This document shows, piece after piece, positions 61,481-64,000 of a stretch of 64,000 nt of DNA. The notes under the pieces were generated by a model. It was not told the origin of the DNA and did not search any database. It saw nothing but the letters and a program-made list of their open reading frames with translations. The DNA lies in the NCBI GenBank assembly GCA_023256475.1, contig JAGDXP010000027.1, positions 2,106-66,105 of the forward strand. Reading direction: 5' to 3'. Positions within the stretch are counted from its first letter, which is position 1. Each line of letters begins with the position of its first letter. The DNA comes from Thermoplasmata archaeon. Lineage in GTDB: Archaea; Thermoplasmatota; Thermoplasmata; Thermoplasmatales; GCA-001856825. The position numbers were made by a program, and so were the translations under genes.

Positions 61481-61612
61481 TTATTTGACTTCTATCACTT
61501 TTATAGTATTGGAAGGTATTCTTATGAATACCTTTGACCCACATTCGCACTCAAATTGTGAGGTATCGCGTTCATCCTTTAGTTCTCTTCCACACCTCAC
61601 ACACTTAAACAT
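61481..61612 (-). CDS. rpo12: RNA polymerase subunit Rpo12 (P)
   Basis: 43 aa MFKCVRCGRELKDERDTSQFECECGSKVFIRIPSNTIKVIEVK translated by hand; canonical position after rpl37Ae. Confidence 0.88.
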   Translation of the reverse strand: MFKCVRCGRELKDERDTSQFECECGSKVFIRIPSNTIKVIEVK

Positions 61613-61862
61613 TCTCTAAATTCACTCTCCTGAATTCCTTATTTACTTCAGGTGAATAGGCATCACCCACAAAAGTGAATCCACACTTCCTGCAACCCCA
61701 TATACCAGTACTCTCCCTCTTTACAGATACATGGTGGCATCTTGGGCAGAGGTAAGTTGATTTCCTCAATTCTTCTATTTCCAGCCATCTCTTTCTCATT
61801 GTGGATCCATATCTTGCACCGAATCTGCCTGCACTACCAACCTTCCTTGTCCTTTTGCTCAT
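61605..61862 (-). CDS. rpl37ae: 50S ribosomal protein L37Ae
   Basis: GRFGARYG, CPRC, GIW.C.KC. Confidence 0.96.
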   Translation of the reverse strand: MSKRTRKVGSAGRFGARYGSTMRKRWLEIEELRKSTYLCPRCHHVSVKRESTGIWGCRKCGFTFVGDAYSPEVNKEFRRVNLENV

Positions 61863-61867
61863 ATAGT

Positions 61868-62653
61868 TCACCTCCCAAATAATCTCTTCCTAATATCTTT
61901 TCCTATTTCAATTGACTTGTCTATGGCACTATAAACTTCTTCCTGCGTGAAGCTTCCAGAAAGACCTTTTTGCATTGCAACTATATTCCCATTTTCATCT
62001 GTGGCTATAGATAATCTGGCAGATGAAACCTCTTCCTCTTCTAAACTAGGATCTACAAAGAGTTGCTTGCCAATTTTGGCAAAAGTTGTAATAACAGGCA
62101 CATGATTTATTGGTAATGGGAAATCTTCCATTCCATATCTTGAACCTGGAACGGTGGTATTAAGAAGTGCAGCAACTGCCCCAAATTGGCTTGCATCTAT
62201 GAGGTTTCCATCATAATCCAAAACGTGTATGTCCACATATACTATCCATACCTTTTCCCCAGGAGTTATTACAAGTTTTTCAAGATCTATCATTTTGGAT
62301 TCCCTAATTGATCTGTCCACAACCCTAGCCAATTCTATTGAATCTTCATTAGGAGGACCTGCTTCGAAAGTTGGTGAAGCCATTGGAATCAGTTCAGCAT
62401 TGGTGGTTAAAACTCCTTGATTTGGAGTGTCTGGGAATGGTTCACCTGGTTCCATTTTAACCCCAACTAGGACCCTTGTCTTTCCGAGTTTTACATCGGC
62501 ACTTCCCTCAGCCCTTATTACATAATTGGGGGTTATTACTATGGGACGATATTCAATTGCACTTCTTCCGTCTATTCTTGTCCCCTTTGAGGATATCTTT
62601 TCTAAATAGTCCCTCTTAAGTCCATAAACGATTTCGTCCGATCCCTTACTCAC
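61868..62653 (-). CDS. rrp42: Exosome complex component Rrp42
   Basis: RIDGR...YR, AEGSA, PFPDTP, E.ARVVDR, DGNLIDA. Confidence 0.96.
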   Translation of the reverse strand: MSKGSDEIVYGLKRDYLEKISSKGTRIDGRSAIEYRPIVITPNYVIRAEGSADVKLGKTRVLVGVKMEPGEPFPDTPNQGVLTTNAELIPMASPTFEAGPPNEDSIELARVVDRSIRESKMIDLEKLVITPGEKVWIVYVDIHVLDYDGNLIDASQFGAVAALLNTTVPGSRYGMEDFPLPINHVPVITTFAKIGKQLFVDPSLEEEEVSSARLSIATDENGNIVAMQKGLSGSFTQEEVYSAIDKSIEIGKDIRKRLFGR

Positions 62654-63428
62654 CCTTGTTCACCCCCTCATTAGAATTTTCTTCAGTCTTTTGTATCTCA
62701 CCTTTTTCATACTTTGCTCTTAAGGCTTCCTTTTGGAGATTCGATATAAATAATGCCGCTTTTTTAGCCATTTCTATGGCTTCCCTGACCTCTTCCCTTG
62801 TCATGTTTCCATCCATCTGCATCAATACAATTTCTTGAGTCCTTGGAATAATTGCAAGTGGTAAATCTGCCTCTCCATAATTGTCTTCTTCCTTATTTAG
62901 ATCAAGGACTATTTTTCCATCAACTTTCCCAGCTGCACACCCAACAACGAGATCCTTCATAGGTATTCCAGCATCCGCAAGTGCCACCGAAGCTGCTGTG
63001 AGACCTGCAATTCTTGTTCCAGCATCGGCCTGTAAAACCTCAATGTACACATCTATGCTTGTCCTGGGGAACTGTTCCACAAATATAGATGCCTCCAATG
63101 CTTCTGAAATGACTTTACTTATTTCCACCGCCCTTCTGTCAGGCCCGGGTCTCTTTCTTTCATCGACGGAAAATGCTGCCATGTTATACCTAGCATTGAC
63201 AATAGCCCTTGAAGGATTTTGCGTATGCTTAGGGAAAGCCTCTCTTGGCCCATAAACCGCAGCCAATATCTTATTTCCTCCCCATTCAATATACGCAGAT
63301 CCATCCGCTCTGTTCAGAACTCCCACTTCTATCTTAATCGGTCTTAATTCATCAGGTTTCCTGCCATCTATTCTTAATCCGTTTTCATCTATCAATTTAA
63401 TATCCGACTGCATACCCATAACAATCAC
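62646..63428 (-). CDS. rrp41: Exosome complex exonuclease Rrp41
   Basis: RIDGRK.DELR, ADGSA, YGPRE, QADAGTR. Confidence 0.97.
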   Translation of the reverse strand: MIVMGMQSDIKLIDENGLRIDGRKPDELRPIKIEVGVLNRADGSAYIEWGGNKILAAVYGPREAFPKHTQNPSRAIVNARYNMAAFSVDERKRPGPDRRAVEISKVISEALEASIFVEQFPRTSIDVYIEVLQADAGTRIAGLTAASVALADAGIPMKDLVVGCAAGKVDGKIVLDLNKEEDNYGEADLPLAIIPRTQEIVLMQMDGNMTREEVREAIEMAKKAALFISNLQKEALRAKYEKGEIQKTEENSNEGVNKGE

Positions 63429-64000
63429 CTTGATTTTTCAAGTCTGCTCTTCACTGCATCTGTTAGTCCTGATGCAGTTGATTCTTCCTCAATAAATTTC
63501 AAAATTCTTATTACTTCCAGAACTTTCTCAGGCTCTCCATCCAGCCATACAACTCCATTCTGCCCCAGCTGAATTTTTACACCCGTACTCTCCTTTATCA
63601 TGTTTACCATTGATCCGCCTTTTCCTATAATTCTGGAAACTCTGCTGGGCTGTACTGTCACTATATGACCACCTTCGATCTTTCTTAGGCCTGGTTCCTT
63701 GATTGATAACCATATCTGCCTTGACTCTGTTATTTCATTGACTTTGGCATAGACAGTATCGCCTACATTCAATATTTTCGCTAATTCTCCAGACGATGGT
63801 TTCCATGGCGTATCATTTACATGCAGGAATGCGGGGTATGGACTGTTTATATCTAGGACCCAAAAAGAAGGGGCGATCTCTATGACCTTTGCAATTACTT
63901 TGTCATTTTTTGAAGGAAAGTATTTTCCAGATAGTGGTATTATATTAACGAAGTTATTATAAACCTGAATCAGGCCTAGCTGATAGGAATAATACTTTCC
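63425..64000 (-). CDS. rrp4: Exosome RNA-binding protein Rrp4 (5' end outside the window)
   Basis: Frame open to the window end: [10 protein letters not shown]1 domain, KH motif [15 protein letters not shown]. Confidence 0.95.
   Translation of the reverse strand, partial: GKYYSYQLGLIQVYNNFVNIIPLSGKYFPSKNDKVIAKVIEIAPSFWVLDINSPYPAFLHVNDTPWKPSSGELAKILNVGDTVYAKVNEITESRQIWLSIKEPGLRKIEGGHIVTVQPSRVSRIIGKGGSMVNMIKESTGVKIQLGQNGVVWLDGEPEKVLEVIRILKFIEEESTASGLTDAVKSRLEKSR

Noticed and set aside
1-64000. tRNA, rRNA, SRP/RNase P RNA, transposases, integrases
   Set aside because: No GC-rich structured intergenic segment or mobile-element ORF seen by eye; short RNAs could still be missed without a covariance search

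Overview
Low-GC archaeal chromosome segment. It is most consistent with a heterotrophic, oxygen-respiring Thermoplasmata (inference from gene content and order: exosome-rpl37Ae-rpo12-pus10-rpl21e-rpo4-DUF655-rsmA run, TBP, RFC, Hjc, aIF5A, EgsA, single-OB SSB). About 75 densely packed CDS, mostly housekeeping, amino-acid catabolism and transport, and metal homeostasis. I saw no rRNA, tRNA, CRISPR array, transposase or integrase. The best candidate for an undescribed system is at 10.3-16.5 kb: a membrane-anchored protein with a degenerate PLD/TrmB-type domain and a C-terminal HTH-like segment, transcribed divergently from glpQ-glpD, which lie upstream of a CydA+CydA' bd-type oxidase with no adjacent CydB. 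Other points: a frameshifted APC permease, a miniature Pop5-like protein after TBP, an NfeD protease with an apparent Lys->His change at the catalytic base, two DtxR-type operators, a PadR operator, a type II IDH, a stand-alone HNH nuclease, and three small ORFs missed by the ORF track. All family calls come from motif recognition by eye; no database search was run.
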